The position numbers and the translations under genes were made by a program. A stretch of DNA of 64,000 nucleotides. Origin: Obrimoposthia wandeli. Lineage: Eukaryota. Where the stretch lies: positions 62,001-126,000 of the forward strand of contig CDROCS010003470.1 in the NCBI GenBank assembly GCA_977020255.1, in the 5' to 3' direction. The notes beneath the pieces were generated by a model. That model did not search any database and was not told where the DNA came from. It saw only the letters and a program-made list of their open reading frames with translations. Of the stretch, positions 10,295-24,386 are shown in pieces. How positions within the stretch are numbered: position 1 is the stretch's first letter; the number at the start of each line of letters is the position of its first letter.

Positions 10295-11760
10295 TGTGGG
10301 GACGTTTCGAACTGGCCTTTTTAAAAGTCGGACGTTTTCGCGTAAGTGTGCTTGATCGACCAATCAGTGGCACGATGTTACCATCCGAAAGATTAAGTTT
10401 TGTTTTTGACACGAAATATATTTTGTGCCAATTAAATTTAGTTGAAGATGGTGTTCGTTATTTTTGAGATTTTTAGAAAATTTTATATTTGAGCCAATTT
10501 ATAAGAAATTGTTTTAACTTTTCTGTCCAATTATTCATTCAATTCAGGAATAATTACAAAATGGAGATTATCAATACCAAAAGAGGTGGCATAAAGCTTT
10601 GTTTACGAGGCTTCATCCATACTGTTAAAGTTGTAATGAAATCGATAGATGAAATAATCTGGCGTTGTGTGAAACGTCAGAGTTGTAATGGTGTTATTAA
10701 AACAAACAAAGAGAATGGGAATCATGTTGTTGGCAGAGAAAATACTCACCCTGAAGACCAGACAGCCATGGATATTGAAATGTATTGCCATTAAATGAAA
10801 AGTCAAGCCAGCACTACCAACGAAAAACCCAACCAAATCTCCACATTCTCTAATTCTGATGCTCCAGATTAGGTCAAAACCAAACTCATAGTTGCTGATA
10901 CAGTTAAAAGAGTACTCTATCGTGCTCGTGCCACTCACCGACCTAAAGATCCATAGACTCTACAACAGTTTACTATTGCTGATCATTGGTGCCAGATCAC
11001 TAGTGAAAACCCTACCAACTGCCTCGAGTATGAAAACGGCCCAGATGCACAGGAACGACTTCGTCGTATTTGCTACCGACTCCCATTTGCAACGTCTCGC
11101 CTCTTGTGACACTTGGTGCATGGATGGTACTTTTGCAGTTGCTCCTCACCTATTTCATCAGATGTATAGTGTTTGTATTGGTGTTTGTTTACCTCTTGTC
11201 TATGCTTTGCTCCAGCGTAAATCCCAGGCCACATGCGAAATCAAATTTCGTGTATTAGAGGAACCAGGATGTGATCCGTCTGTGGTGATATTTGATTTGA
11301 ACGAGGTGTACAGCACGCTCTCCAACCTGTGTTTGGTGATCATGTTCATATTCAGTACTGTTTCTACTATCTGACTCAGTCAACATGGCAAAAATTCAGT
11401 CATTAATAATCTTACTAATCTGTATGAAACTGATGACTTTCGTTTATTTAGTGGTAAAATAGATGCACTTGTCTTTTTCCCTACAGATCAGGTCACGGAA
11501 GGCATGAGTCACCTCAGAGAATCAGTCTCAGAAGAATATCGATGCATCCCTCCCATGTTCCTACCAGCACGATGGAACATGCACAATGTCACTATTGCAG
11601 ATCAGCCACGCACCAACAACGTTTCGGAAGGATGGAACAGCAAGTTTCAACCACTTGTTGGATATAATCATCATACAGTCTGGAAGCTCATTGAGTGCTT
11701 ACAAGGAGAGTTTGCTCAGATTTCAAAAATTTCAGAATTTATTTTAACATGGATATTTTA
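10295..11760 (+). mobile_element. MULE (Mutator-like) DNA transposon, FLYWCH plus MULE transposase pseudogene
   Basis: FLYWCH-like MEIINTKRGGIKLCLRGF...WRCVKRQSC...H from 10561; WCMDGTFAVAP...PLVYALLQRK; C-terminal PRTNNVSEGWNSKF. GGACGTTT(T)CG repeats at about 10297-10340 mark a likely left end. Confidence 0.85.
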
Positions 11761-13839
11761 AATTTAATTGAGATTTAAAAAGGATGGATGTGTATTCATT
11801 TTATTTACACCTTTTAAGGTATGAAATCAAAATATTTAGTATTGTAATCTTTGAATATTTAGGGCTGTCCATTATCATCTGGTAAATCACTTATAAAGTT
11901 TTTTGATGATGCACTAAATAGCACAAATTATCAAAACGTTTTTAAATCATTTTTATCTCCTGTTTTGATACCACAAATGTGAGAAAACATATGGAGAATT
12001 ATATCGAGAAGAGTTCATAACAATTCATTGGCATATGTTAACGTAGAACTTTAGAAAATGGTAAATTATTAAACAAAGTAAAGATTTTTTAAAAGGAACA
12101 AGCCAAGAGCTTTATACAAGTTTCTTTTAAAATATAAATAGTTTTTAAAATCATGAAAAATTTTTAGTATACATTTTGATTTTTATCCTAATAAATAACG
12201 TTTTATGTTTTATTTTAAAAGTATTTGTCAGTTACACTTCATATTTTAACATGGATTTTAACTGTATTGTAAATTTTTAAGAAACAAAAATTATCCTAAT
12301 GTTGTGTACTAAAAATATAGAAATAAGAACTAGAAATATGTTTTAGAAAACCTTTTTAATAAAATTGTAAATATATATATAAAAATATCGCACATTATAT
12401 TTAAAAACTGTATAAATTAAATGTTGTTTTCAAACTCAAAATTGTAATTAAAAAAGGTTTTTAACCTTTTTAAAGTATGTCTTATATTATTTATCTTATA
12501 CTCGACGTTGTAATACTTTAATACTGGTTTATTTTATTTAAATCATTCATATGATATTTTATTATTTTAAAATTATACATTGCATTAAAATAAGTACCAC
12601 GCTTCATTTAAAAAATCTACAAACAATATAAGTAAAACGCTATATTACAAACACACAACTAAGTTTGTTTAGCTGATTTTATTTGTAAATATGCTGCAGT
12701 TATTCTGTTTATCTCGTTGATTTTGTATTTTTAAGTGCGATACCTTTTTTGGCGATTCATATTTAAGTGTTATTTATAAACAGAATAAGACAAATTAAAT
12801 TATTAGATTTTTAAAAATTTCACAAATTCTTACTTTACTTAAAATAATAAAATAAACAGTTCAAAATATTCCCACAATTTGTATTGTATGTTTAATTTAC
12901 GCTTTATGTTATTAATATTATAAAATTTAATGACATTTTCTTCCGCAGTCATTTAATGTACTAAAATGAAAAGAACATTAAAAAATTGAATATTCAGAAA
13001 AGCTTTTTATGGGATAATAAAAGTAAAATATGGTTTTATTGTTTAATGTTTTATTACCAAATATTAAGGATGATGAAAATTTTTAGCAAGAAAAACATCA
13101 ATGAAATCGAAATGAAATAAATTATCATTAGATAGATACATATAAGTGGCTGTGAATAGAAATTTATGTAGCAATCTGAGATTAATGGCTAGTAATGTGC
13201 AACGCCCAAATTATGTCTAAGAATCAATTGTAAAACTACCGGGTATCTTACAGTGAATTCCTTCCAACATCGAAAGTATTATATCTACGAAAAAATCAAT
13301 TTATAGATAATTTATAGATTTTTTTATCAAATGAGCAGTGATTTTTTAATTGAAAATTTGATCATCGTGTAGCAATGTTTCACAACGGAGAACTTGATTA
13401 TATTCTGCAGAATTTTTATCAAACGTAATTGTAGAGTAATTCTTAGATTATTTGAAGCAGCTTATTGACACTCAATTGACAAGAAGTCAATACCATCAGT
13501 GTTAAATCATAATAAGTCATAACATAAGACATAACTTTATTCCATTAAATCGATCACAAACTTTTAAATTTCAATTAATTAATATTTAAGCCTTGGAAAC
13601 ATTTTGCAATATCAATAAAAATAACATTAAGATCACATAGTCTGGATGATCAAATACAGTAAATTTCATGATGAAAGTCAAGTGAAGAGTATGCAAAACA
13701 ATCCTTTCCATACTCCACTAAGGGTGTATATTATTATATAAAATACATGATCTTTTTACATTCTCTAATTTTATCAAACTAGATCAATTAACAACTTAAC
13801 GGACTCAATTTAATGTAGCGGTTACACCATTAATTTATT

Positions 13840-14250
13840 CTCAATCCTAATCTTTGCTACTCTCACGTTTACATCTTCTCCAGGCTCTAATTTTCCCATT
13901 CTACCTAATTTCTATTTGCTCCTCTCCTCTTGCTTATCGACTATCCACACGATGTCATCAATTAGTAATGCTGTCCGTGCCTCATGTCACTTTTGTCTTG
14001 GGGGCCCACATTGGTACAAACTCCTCCATCCATCGCTTCCATACCATACTAGTTAATCTTTGAATAAATTTCCATATGTGATTCGACTTCATGTCGTTAA
14101 TCCCAAAGTCCGTATCGGCATGTACCTGGTTAAGAAGTGGTTTAGAAGTGGGTGTAAACGCTTAATATCCTTTGCATCCAGTATTCGGTATATAGCCATC
14201 TTAGCACATTTTATCATTATCTCCAATACGCCTCCAAAATTCTTATTTTT
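13840..14250 (-). mobile_element. BEL/Pao LTR-retrotransposon integrase C-terminus (DUF5641-like) remnant
   Basis: NFGGVLEIMIKCAK...NHFL...VWKRWMEEFVP...DDIVWIVD...LGRM...PGEDVNVRVAKIR. Confidence 0.75.
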
Positions 14251-16639
14251 TGCTTTTCAAGTTTTTTTATGTTTTTCATGACTAATTACATTTTCAATGA
14301 TGCGGGTAGGCTGCCAATTTCAGTCAATAATTTTTCTATTCGATTATGACAACAGGGAGGCATGAGAACAAAAATAATAAGTTCTTTCAACATTAACTGT
14401 CCTCCAAGTTTAGGAAGAACAGAACATAAAATGGATTGTAAAAAGGCTAATTTGTAAAGTAGAGTTGGCCTACCTGCGATGTTGTCTGTTTGAGTGGTCC
14501 TCTAACATATATGAAATTCACTGTATCGTCACTGTATCGCCCTACTATCTTTTCCTTGGATAAAAACGGTGAAATCTATTCAACGCTCGATGATTACAGG
14601 CAAAATTATGGATAACAATTTGCGTATTTCTATGTGAAATCTACAAGATCTTGTTGTGTTGTCGCTAAACCACTAGTACCAGATAAGTCATTAAAACATT
14701 TATCGCTATTTAACTTGTGTTTCATTTTGCTCGCTAAATATTTTGGTAGTAGTGATAAACAAGATCCTGAATATATTCAAAAAATATTTTATCCTCGGTC
14801 GTATGAGTTTTTTCATTGCAGTTTTGTTCTTATAATTTGATAATATTTGAATGCTTAGTTGTTACATATTTTGTGATAAAGGTTAATTTTTCGGTGTGGT
14901 ATCTTACGGGTACCTTTGGGGATGTCTTTCCGTCGTGTTGAATGTGGGTCTGATTGTCCATTTTGTGTGAAAGTGTAGTAGAGTTATTGTTGCTGCAAGA
15001 TGGAGAATGGACCATGTTATCTGGTGAGTTATATGGTATTTTGCTCATCTTTATTGCAAGTTGATACTTTTTTATAAGTTCAATATTTTTGACCTTGATT
15101 TCGGCTAGTTCATCAAATTTAGCAGTGTTATTTTCTTTAGAGTTTTAATGATCATTTATGTTGCAGTTTCGCTCTCTATGCATACTTTAAAATTGTTAGA
15201 AATTATGTGTGAATGAATATAATTTTTTTTAAAAATTGGAAAATTTCTTATAAACAACATAAAAATTGATTTTTTGTGTATTGATCTATAACAAAATAAG
15301 TTCAATGCAATTACAAATTTATTAAACACTTCAAATTATTTATCCGAATTATATTCAGATTATTATGATACTTTAACAATTTTATCTGGACATAATTTAA
15401 TAACAAATCATATTTAATAACAAAAGGAATAAGCCACATGCAGTCCTACTATTAATAGAACTCACAATTGAGGTCATCAGTTGCGTATTTTAAATCCTGG
15501 TAAAGTTTGGAAAGTCACACCAAGTTTAAACGGTTGTTTTCTTAACAATTACTATTAGATGAAAGCAAAAAATAAAATATAACAGTGATAAAACTTCAAG
15601 GTTGTTTAATTGATATCGTCTTTAGCTTTGTCAAAGTAATTTATTTTGTTATCAAAACATATTTTATATCTTCAAGCTTATGAAATGCTACTTTGAAGAA
15701 GGAAACTACTCTTAGATTTGAATACTTTGTTGAATATGCAATGATACAACGGAGAAAACTGATAAAAGTCTGATGTGGGATCTCAAGAGAATTTAGGGGT
15801 TGATGGAAATGTTTGTTCTCATATAATAATTTGTTGAGATGTAATAGGTGTTACATTATCTTGCAAGTATAGGTTAGATAGCCCATTTCCCAGTCAACTA
15901 CCAAAGAACCCATATCTCATATACGAATACAATTCTAGATAAACTGATGTACCTGATTACTAGTTGATCACATTTTCTTTATCTAATTAATCATATCATA
16001 AAACTTGTTAAATTTCTTAACTCTACATATAATAATGTGAATAAATCAATTCATTACACAAAGTTAAAAAATAAAACATAAAAAAGACTCAAACTACAAC
16101 GAACCTTATTTGTGCATATGTTAATTAAACTCATATATACATAAATGTTCATAATATCTTTATTTCTTATTATTAGAGAATCACTAATTCGTTGATTAAT
16201 ATCAGAATAAAAGCAGAAAAGTAGCAAAAATATGTGATGTGCAATTGAATCAATTACCAAATTACTAGTCAGTGACTTTGAGGTGGCGTCCTGGGACTTA
16301 TATTGGAGACTTCGTTCTGCAGTCGAGATTCGAGGCAGACTGATTCATTAGTGAAACAATTGATCAAGGCAGCTTCAAAGCAAAGTAGCATGATCGGTTG
16401 TATAATACAAACTAGCTTCTGAATCATTTCATAATATATAACTATTATTTGGTAATGAAGACATTCGCTTATCAATCTGGAATCCATTACAGTTAGATGA
16501 GTCGATCATTATCTGGCTCAAATTTGACACCGGGGTAAAAAATATAGATCTTATCAGCTTCTAAAACACCAGACAATCACTAAAAAGATTTACCCTATAC
16601 AGCAGAGATGTCAAAAAGTTACCACCAATAACATGTCAA

Positions 16640-17278
16640 ATATTATGAAGATAGTGAAATGATCTATGATCTTGCTTTGGTTAGGGATATAATTGAATAT
16701 TTATCATATTTGAACTTAAAGTTATAAGGTAAAAATAAATTAATAACTGTATTATAGGATGAAATCAAATGCTTGAAGGCCAAAATGAAACTATAGAAAT
16801 GTCACATTACAAAGAACTTAAAACTAACAATAAACAATCAGATTTGAGCTTTTCAAAATATTTTAAAAACATACTGAAAACACTTGCAGAAGGATTTAAT
16901 GAAAAATTCGGGGAATTTGCATCGTATGAAGATGATTTTGCCCTATTTGGCACCATTTTCTTATACTACTGCAAAAGCAAAAGACTATATGCACATGGAA
17001 CATTTAGAGATAGTTAGATTCAGCACTTAAAATTTAAAAAACAGCTGAGAAATTTGTCTCTAAAAAGTGTTTCTCAAATATCTTGATAGCATAATAAAGA
17101 ATGAATAACTGAATAATTCTTTGTAATTTTAATCGATTCTAACAATTTTGAAGAAATAGGGCAACTGTAGTGGTAACACATAATTTCATAATAATATTTC
17201 CTTTGATTTAGAAGAGGCCCGCTGAATGTTTAGACTGGCAACTGTGGCCCAAAGTACCATTTGAGTTTGACACTCCTG
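16640..17278 (+). mobile_element. hAT-Charlie (GTF2IRD2/EPM2AIP1-like) transposase 3' remnant with right end
   Basis: DLALVRDIIEYLSYLNLKL*GKNKLI...FNEKFGEF...FALF; Charlie-type terminus GTGGCCC...GAGTTTGACACTCCTG ending at 17278. Confidence 0.7.
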
Positions 17279-18789
17279 CTATACAGTAAACTCTCTAGAA
17301 TTTACAATAGATTTAATTCGAAATGATTTTGAATTTTTTTACTATAAAAATTATTATCTTCAATTCAAATTTTTAGAAATAATTTTATATTTATATCTGA
17401 AAATGCAAACTTTTTATTACTTCTAAGATGCAAATTCGAAGGAAAGTTGGAAAATAAATTGTATAAATTTTATAACTTTTAAATGCATTTTCTTTAATTC
17501 GAAAATTTTAATTGTGATACTGAATATTCAAATTAAAGGGATTTTACTGTCATGGGTTATTTTACATTTTTCATTTCTTATTTGTGAATATTAAATTAGT
17601 TATATATTTTCCACAATAATGTTAATTACTTTTAATGTTTAATTAAATATTTTATTATTAATTTTATTTTGCTATTTTAGATACCTAAAACAAAAATCCC
17701 TCAAGTAAAATGCGACGCTGCATAATAAATCCTTTATACCAAAAGTACGACTGACGTTTTCGGGAGTATCGTAGGCACAGTCTCTGTAATTTATTACCTT
17801 TGTAAAACCAACAAAAAAAAAATTACGTTACATTAAATTTTGTACGAAGCTCCTTGATGAATCTGAAATAAAAACGACTATATTGTAGCTTCAAAAGGAC
17901 TTCAACTATTACGCTTTTTTAATATCAAAGCCGGGATAATTAAACATATATCTGTATAGCAACCATTGGCTCATATTTTAAAAACTATTATTAAAATATT
18001 AAATTGTAATATAAAATAATTTTATTCCAATTGTAAGGGGATATGAAAGATCCTATTTGTTTATGGGTTGTTTATATCATTGATAAGTTTATTTTCAAAA
18101 CGAAGACTTTAGAAGTATTCCGATTGAAATTGTTCAATCATTTTAGTCACACAAAATTAAAACCATAATTGATGCATTGAGTAAAAGTTATCTACTCTAC
18201 CATAAAGTTATCAATAAGGCAGCCAAAAAACTCTGTTTTCTCATTTCTTGGTCACTCAATTAAATATTTGTCGACATATTCATCATTTTCTAAACCTATA
18301 GAAAATTGATTATGGATGCGATTCAAAAATTTACTGGGATACATATAAATTTCAAAAATCGTGTCTCGCATTGTATAAAATTGCATTCACAGAAAAAATT
18401 TGGGTTTTTTATTATTTTTTTCAGATTTTTTAATCAGGATTTCAACCTTAAGATACAGATATTTCTCAAACTAACAAACTTTTAAAAATTAATTTATTAA
18501 TTATTGAAATTTTACTAAAATTACACATCCAAATTAATTAAAGCTGAATATTTTAAAATAAAAACTGAAATTAAATATTTGTAAAAATTCATAGAATTTT
18601 CATCACTGCAGAGAATTCACAAAAAAACTGATATTTTATCTAAATTACGAAAATCTCCGACTGCAACAGTAATGTGAGAAGGGCACATTGAAATGAGTGT
18701 AAGTGAAGAAAATGAAGAAAATCAGTTCAAAGTGATAAGATCAAGAAAGCATTATCAAGGTAGGCATTTTTGTTCTGAAAATATTAACA

Positions 18790-19075
18790 CGTTAGATATG
18801 GCACGGTGAAACGTTATTGACAACAAATATCGTATACCAGGTGCGTGTGTGGTCAGCTCATAAAATTCCAAAATAAAGTAAGGCGAAACACTAAATATAT
18901 TTCTGTGGCTCAATATGGAACGATGAACAAGCGATACCTGTTCACGTTTGGGCTGGATTTGGATTCTTTTTAATGGTACTGTCAATGCAGAAAAATATTA
19001 TTTAACATTGATCAATCATTTTATTCCTTATTTGACATTGGAAGTAAAGAAAACAATTTTTCAACAAGATGGGTA
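18790..19075 (+). mobile_element. Tc1/mariner-superfamily transposase fragment
   Basis: PVHVWAGF...FFNGTVNAEKY...FIPYL...IFQQDG. Confidence 0.6.
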
Positions 19076-20442
19076 TATGCGTAACTTGAAGTCAGCTTCA
19101 TAGTACAATGATATTCATCAAATTAGTAATAACAAATAGAAAAGATTTATTTTAACCCATTTTTTACTTTAAAATGTTTCTTATTTACTTTATCAATCCA
19201 AAATATTTCGCATGTAGTCAAATTGTAAAACGGGCAAAACTGTAAAAGTTTGTTAAAATACCTTTTTAAATATTCTGTGTATCCGAAATTTAATGTTTCA
19301 TCTTAAATCTTATTTTACTCAAATACGTAATTTTTGTTTTTTATTTGACTTTATTCGGAATATCGAAATAGACAATTTCCAAAATTGTATTTACTGAATA
19401 CAAGACAACTCTACAGAGAATTAGTCTTTCCATTTATAGAGGGATTGTGGAGTATTGTTAGACTTGTTAGAATAAAAAATACGACTCACCGAGGTTGCCG
19501 CTATATGTTCCCCTTCTCTAGCCAATCATAATCGAATTCAGTCTCACCCCAGATCGATGTATTTCCCATGAGCACGCCTACAACATCGATGCTCTTTTCC
19601 CTACATGTCCCATCTTATCTCCATAATGTTTCATTCTTCACAGATAATCCTACAATTTCCAGATGTTGAGAATTTGAACTTCTGATTTTATTTTGAGAAT
19701 GTTTTTTTCTTTGCCGCAAAGATGTATTCAGAATGTAAAGAAACGTTATTTAAGATATATTTTTATGAAACTATTTAAAACTTTACAAATAAGATAATTT
19801 TCTCTCTTTAAATGCTTAGGTAAACATTGGGCAACATATCCTCAACATTTTCTTGATTACAAACCAGACATTACAATTTGGGCTAGTGAGTTGTTATCTA
19901 ATAATTTTGTAGAGACGTAAAAGTCACGTTACAAAAATATATAATTTCCGATATTTTCTAAGTCAAAGTATCATAAAAAGAGTTATTTAGTCGCATGGTC
20001 AAAAATCAGTGATTTAAATCATGTAAAAATAACTGACTGTTTCGAATATCTTCCGTAGTATGGTAAAAGAAAATAAGTGTGAAAGAAAGTGACAGAATAC
20101 ACGACATATGTAGTGTTGAACTTTCAAATATTGGTTAAATCAGGGCATTGTTTAAAAGCATGTGGTCATGCAGCAAGTTTTAAAAAAATTAACTTTTTGT
20201 CTTTTTTTCATTTTTGTTGCATGGACTACTTTTAGAAAATGCTTATTTACCAGTATTTGAAACAGATAATGAAATTGTCATTTTAAAGTCACATAATTAA
20301 ATATGTTTTTATTGGTAAATAAATAAAAATTAATATAACGTTAAGATTTATAAGATTATTATTAGATTTATACTAATTTAAAAATTCGTTAGAAAAACTT
20401 TATTTTGTTTATGTTTGTATCCAATATTTCCAAGACTGCATT

Positions 20443-20830
20443 TTAATACACCAGGACAAACTCGCATTTTAGATGCTGTTGGAGACTCAAAGACTTCATC
20501 GTCGTCTGAAACACTTCATACTGCAGAATGTTATGAATGAGCTCGTCTAGTTTGCCTTCTTCCCTCTCCCTAGCCACAACAGTTCTAGGCGATGGGAGCA
20601 TGACCATTGGTTGGTCGACACGAGTGACGTCATTAGGTCCCTCCACAAAGCTGGCTTTAGTTTAACAGTGTTTGATCGTATGCCTAGATACCTTCTTCTA
20701 AACTCTGCTCGTCAGGAGCATGGCTTTCAACTTGCTAATCCACTTTGCAACCACTTGATCTACAATGTCTACCTCAGTGTTATATGTGACATCAAAGAAC
20801 TTCTGATGTCTAAAATAAGCTTTCCAGGTC
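20443..20830 (-). mobile_element. Possible hAT (ZNF862-like) transposase remnant
   Basis: GC-elevated coding-like island containing WSCSHRLEL (cf. C.xHRLEL) and SKLKAM in different frames. Weak. Confidence 0.25.
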
Positions 20831-21499
20831 GTGATAATTTATTAAGTAAGTGATTTTACAGTTAAAATTTCCGTCGTAATCCAATATAGATTCAGTAAGC
20901 GGGTGGATTAATTATCAGTGGATTTATAAAGAGGGAACTACTATAGTAAAATAAAAAGCTTCAAAACATTTAAATTAAAAGAGCACACTGAACTGTCAAT
21001 TTGTTTAAAATTTAATGTTATTTTGCACTTAATAGTTATATTTGTGGTAATTTTGTTCATTGTGTAAGTATGTCACGACCATGCAACAAAATGAACTCTT
21101 TGGTCCATATCAGAACTTTTCCCCATTCAGACTTTGTATTGTTATTATCAGTTTGCAAATAGATCCATAATAGAATCAAGACGTTAAATATATTTAAAGA
21201 ATTTTATAAATATACTTTCTTTTATTGATTCATCACCTATCGGAATATTTTACTTGGATTGCAATTTTTAAACTGTTTACACACAATCAAATTCAATATC
21301 ACAGTTGTAAAAATGAATTCCAACAACTGCCTAGAACGATTATGTATGACTATAAGAATATTTTGGAATTTTTGTAATGATTTATGAAAGCTTTCAAAAT
21401 TCGAATCAATAAAAAGTAAGTGTTTATTTAATTAGTCGCCAAACATTTCTTCTTCTCTAAGACGTTTTTCTAAAACAATTATTATATGCTTGTAGTAAG

Positions 21500-21690
21500 C
21501 ACTTTAATATTTGCATTATTCTCGCATCAGCTCTTCTTCCACAATCTTTGTCATGTTGTTTACTCGATCTTGTGTTGTTTCCTCCGTTAAAGCATATCCA
21601 TTCATTTTCTTTGTGTGTCCTTGTTTTCTTTAAAACTAACCATTTTTCCATGCAGGAAATTGGACAGTCATCGGCGTATACCAGATTGAC
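21500..21690 (-). mobile_element. Possible LINE RT fragment
   Basis: NLVYADDC motif immediately upstream of ORF 21457..21651 in the same frame. Confidence 0.3.
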
Positions 21691-21869
21691 TTAGCCTCAA
21701 GAAAATTTGCCATAACTTGAATGGACATAAACAGATTTTTATCTAATTCAATCATAAGCAAGTCTCCTACTGTCTCTATGGTTTAGACCCCTTGAATTGC
21801 CTTTCAGACGTCTTGTAAACACATTTGTTTATCTAAATCTGAATGTAATAATAATAATAATAAATAACC

Positions 21870-22335
21870 CTCTCCATTCAGATAGGCGTACACAAGTCTA
21901 TGTTTTATCTCTAAATATATTCTAACAGCATTGAATTAAGCAAAAACTACCTAAAACTTACACTTCGATTTTTTCACGCATTGGGATTGTTTTAACCGTA
22001 CCTCCTGATTAGTTTTCTGTTTTATTTGTGTATGAAATTTGGAAGTATATTACCATAGATTCGTCTGAAACGTCACATAACACATAAAAACTGCATTTTG
22101 ATAATTTTCTATGTTGATATTCATCTTACGTTATGTTGTTCATTTCGTTCTCTGACCTATACATTAAAATTACACGCAAACAAATGTTCTACACATGCAT
22201 GTTAGTGTGTGTATGTTTCCATATATTTATAGAATTCAATTTTTATTTGTGGTATTCCTTGACGTGGAACGGTAAGTTTTTAATTATTTATGTTTATCGT
22301 TAATTTCATTTTATAATAGGTTATGGAATTCACCT
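21870..22335. repeat. Dispersed repeat, copy 1 (homologous to 50880-51312, same orientation)
   Basis: Collinear shared blocks CCATTCAGATA, ACCTCCTGATT, TTCGTCTGAAACGTCA and GTTTATCGTTAATTTCATTTTAT. Preceded by an (AAT)n tract at about 21847-21868. Confidence 0.75.
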
Positions 22336-24176
22336 TTCAGTTTTACCTGATGTATTTAATACACAATGAATCGTTAATTAGATTGATACAATAAAATTAA
22401 ACATTGTGGTTAAAGTGAATAGATGCAGTATTTTGGATTCTTCTAAAACACTTTAATCATAATAAAGAAGGTCAACGTTGAATGGATTATCGCAACTTAT
22501 TCTATCGGTTGTATTTTTGTTTTATAATGACCTCAGGACGGCCAATTAATATGAAAAACCCAGTAGCATTGTCGAAACACAATACTAATGGTCGGAGCTT
22601 TGTTCACAGACGCTTTGATGAGCATCGCGGCAACAGCTGATTAATGGTTAAGTTGCTAATATACCATGGGAGGATTTCTTTCTTCATCTTTCTTAAACAG
22701 CTCAGTTATCTGAATATTAGTTTCATAATTTGAATTAAATCACGTACAAAATGCCTGAAATAAAATGAGTTTTTTTACTAAAAGATTATTTTAATAAACT
22801 TTAAATTTATTCAATTTGTGATTCCAAGAAAATATTAAATTTGATAAATTTGATGTGTATGTTTTTCATTTGCATATATTAAGTATTTATTCTTAGAAAA
22901 TGCTTTAATGAAAATTTTTATAAACACAAAATATAAATAACATTTGAAATAAAGTCTATCATGATGTTTGGTTTGCTGTCATCTTTCTGCTAATTGTCTG
23001 ATTCCACGAAAATATCAGTCCTTGGAATTAAACTCGAAAAACTCCACTACCATTTTCCGCATTATTCAGAAGAATGTTATCGATCAAAATATGTGGTAAT
23101 CTGAAGGAGCTAAGTCTGGCTATAAGCTGGATGTAGTAACAATTCGATATTGGCAAAACGTTGCAGATTTTCAGACGTAGATGTGTGCGATCTCGGGTTA
23201 TCATACTGCAGTACTATTTTCTTTCGGTTATTTAAATAAGGATATTAATCTTTCAAAGATGAATACATTATATATAATTGTTCACAATAGAGATTAGATG
23301 TTATTATTTCACCCTCATGAAGCAGCTCAAAGTGAATTATTAGTTCAAAATTCCACCAAACACACAGTAAGTACTTCTGATCGAACCTTCAGATTTTAGC
23401 TACCGGTTCAGCGGACTGAACAACATCTAATCACTGGTTTAATTTATCTGAGTATTTTCGTCATATTTCATCTAATTTTCACAAATTTCTACTCTATTTA
23501 TATTTTGATTTTCTGACATTTCGTTAGGTTCAATTTTACAACTTAAATTTATCTTTCCTAATTGCCGTAGCCCTCATTTATGGTATCTTTAAAAAGCCCT
23601 AAATCAGCACCTAAATCTCGTATAGACATTATTGAATAAGCTTCAACTATTTTACAAAGATCTTTAGAATCGTATGACAAAGACCTTCCTAATCTAGGTC
23701 TAACTATAAGACTAAATCTCCTGACATAAATATTTTATATAAATTTTGAGCTGTACGTAATGAAACTACATTTTCTTCTTCGTATCTTGAAGCTTCAGAA
23801 GCTTTCACGCCTTGTTTGAAATAATGTCTTAAAACTGAAAAAATTCAATGTTTGTATCACTCATTATAATAAAGCTCAAAATATATTATTAAATATTTTT
23901 AGAATTTTCAATTTTTGCACTTTCAAATGTTATATAGTTTGAATATATTTTAACAAACGTCTCTCAGTATAATAGATCTTAGGAATGGTCATGAAAAAAA
24001 CGAAAATACTTATGATACACCCTAACAGTTTAACCAGATTTTTGCCATATTATATTGACATTTCTTTTTCTGTTTTAAAAAAATTAACATGTTTGCTTAT
24101 TTGATTTGCTACATCTGAGTGGCATCCTTATATATTCGCACACAATACAAAGCTAATTCTCCAAAACTAATGTCAG

Positions 24177-24386
24177 GTTGCGTGCTACAAAGTCTTCAGC
24201 TGCACAAGCAAGTGCGAGCGGATGCGCAGTTGCGGAAGACATCGGTGCAAGCGCCGCTGCTGCGACCCAGAAAGCACGTGCCAACCTTGTGAGGTAATGT
24301 GCAACAGCACTCTCAACTGCCGTCATCACAAGTGCCCCATGCCGTGCCACACTGGACCTTGCTACCCCTGTCAGAAGATGGTGGAG
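24177..24386 (+). CDS. NFXL1: Internal coding exon of an NF-X1-type zinc finger protein (NFXL1-like)
   Basis: CAG|GTT acceptor and GAG|GTAGGC donor, 210 nt, phase 0-0, no stops: VACYKVFSCTSKCERMRSCGRHRCKRRCCDPESTCQPCEVMCNSTLNCRHHKCPMPCHTGPCYPCQKMVE. The NF-X1 repeat spacing matches NFXL1. GC3 50/70. Confidence 0.88.

Noticed and set aside
20028-20062. Second hammerhead-like string (minus strand CGGAAGA-TATT-CGAAAC-A-GTC)
   Set aside because: Core mismatched, no stem II and poor stem I.
20207-21095. About 17-bp inverted match TTCATTTT(T)GTTGCATGG at 20207-20224 and 21079-21095 as TIRs
   Set aside because: Similarity does not extend further and no TSD is seen.
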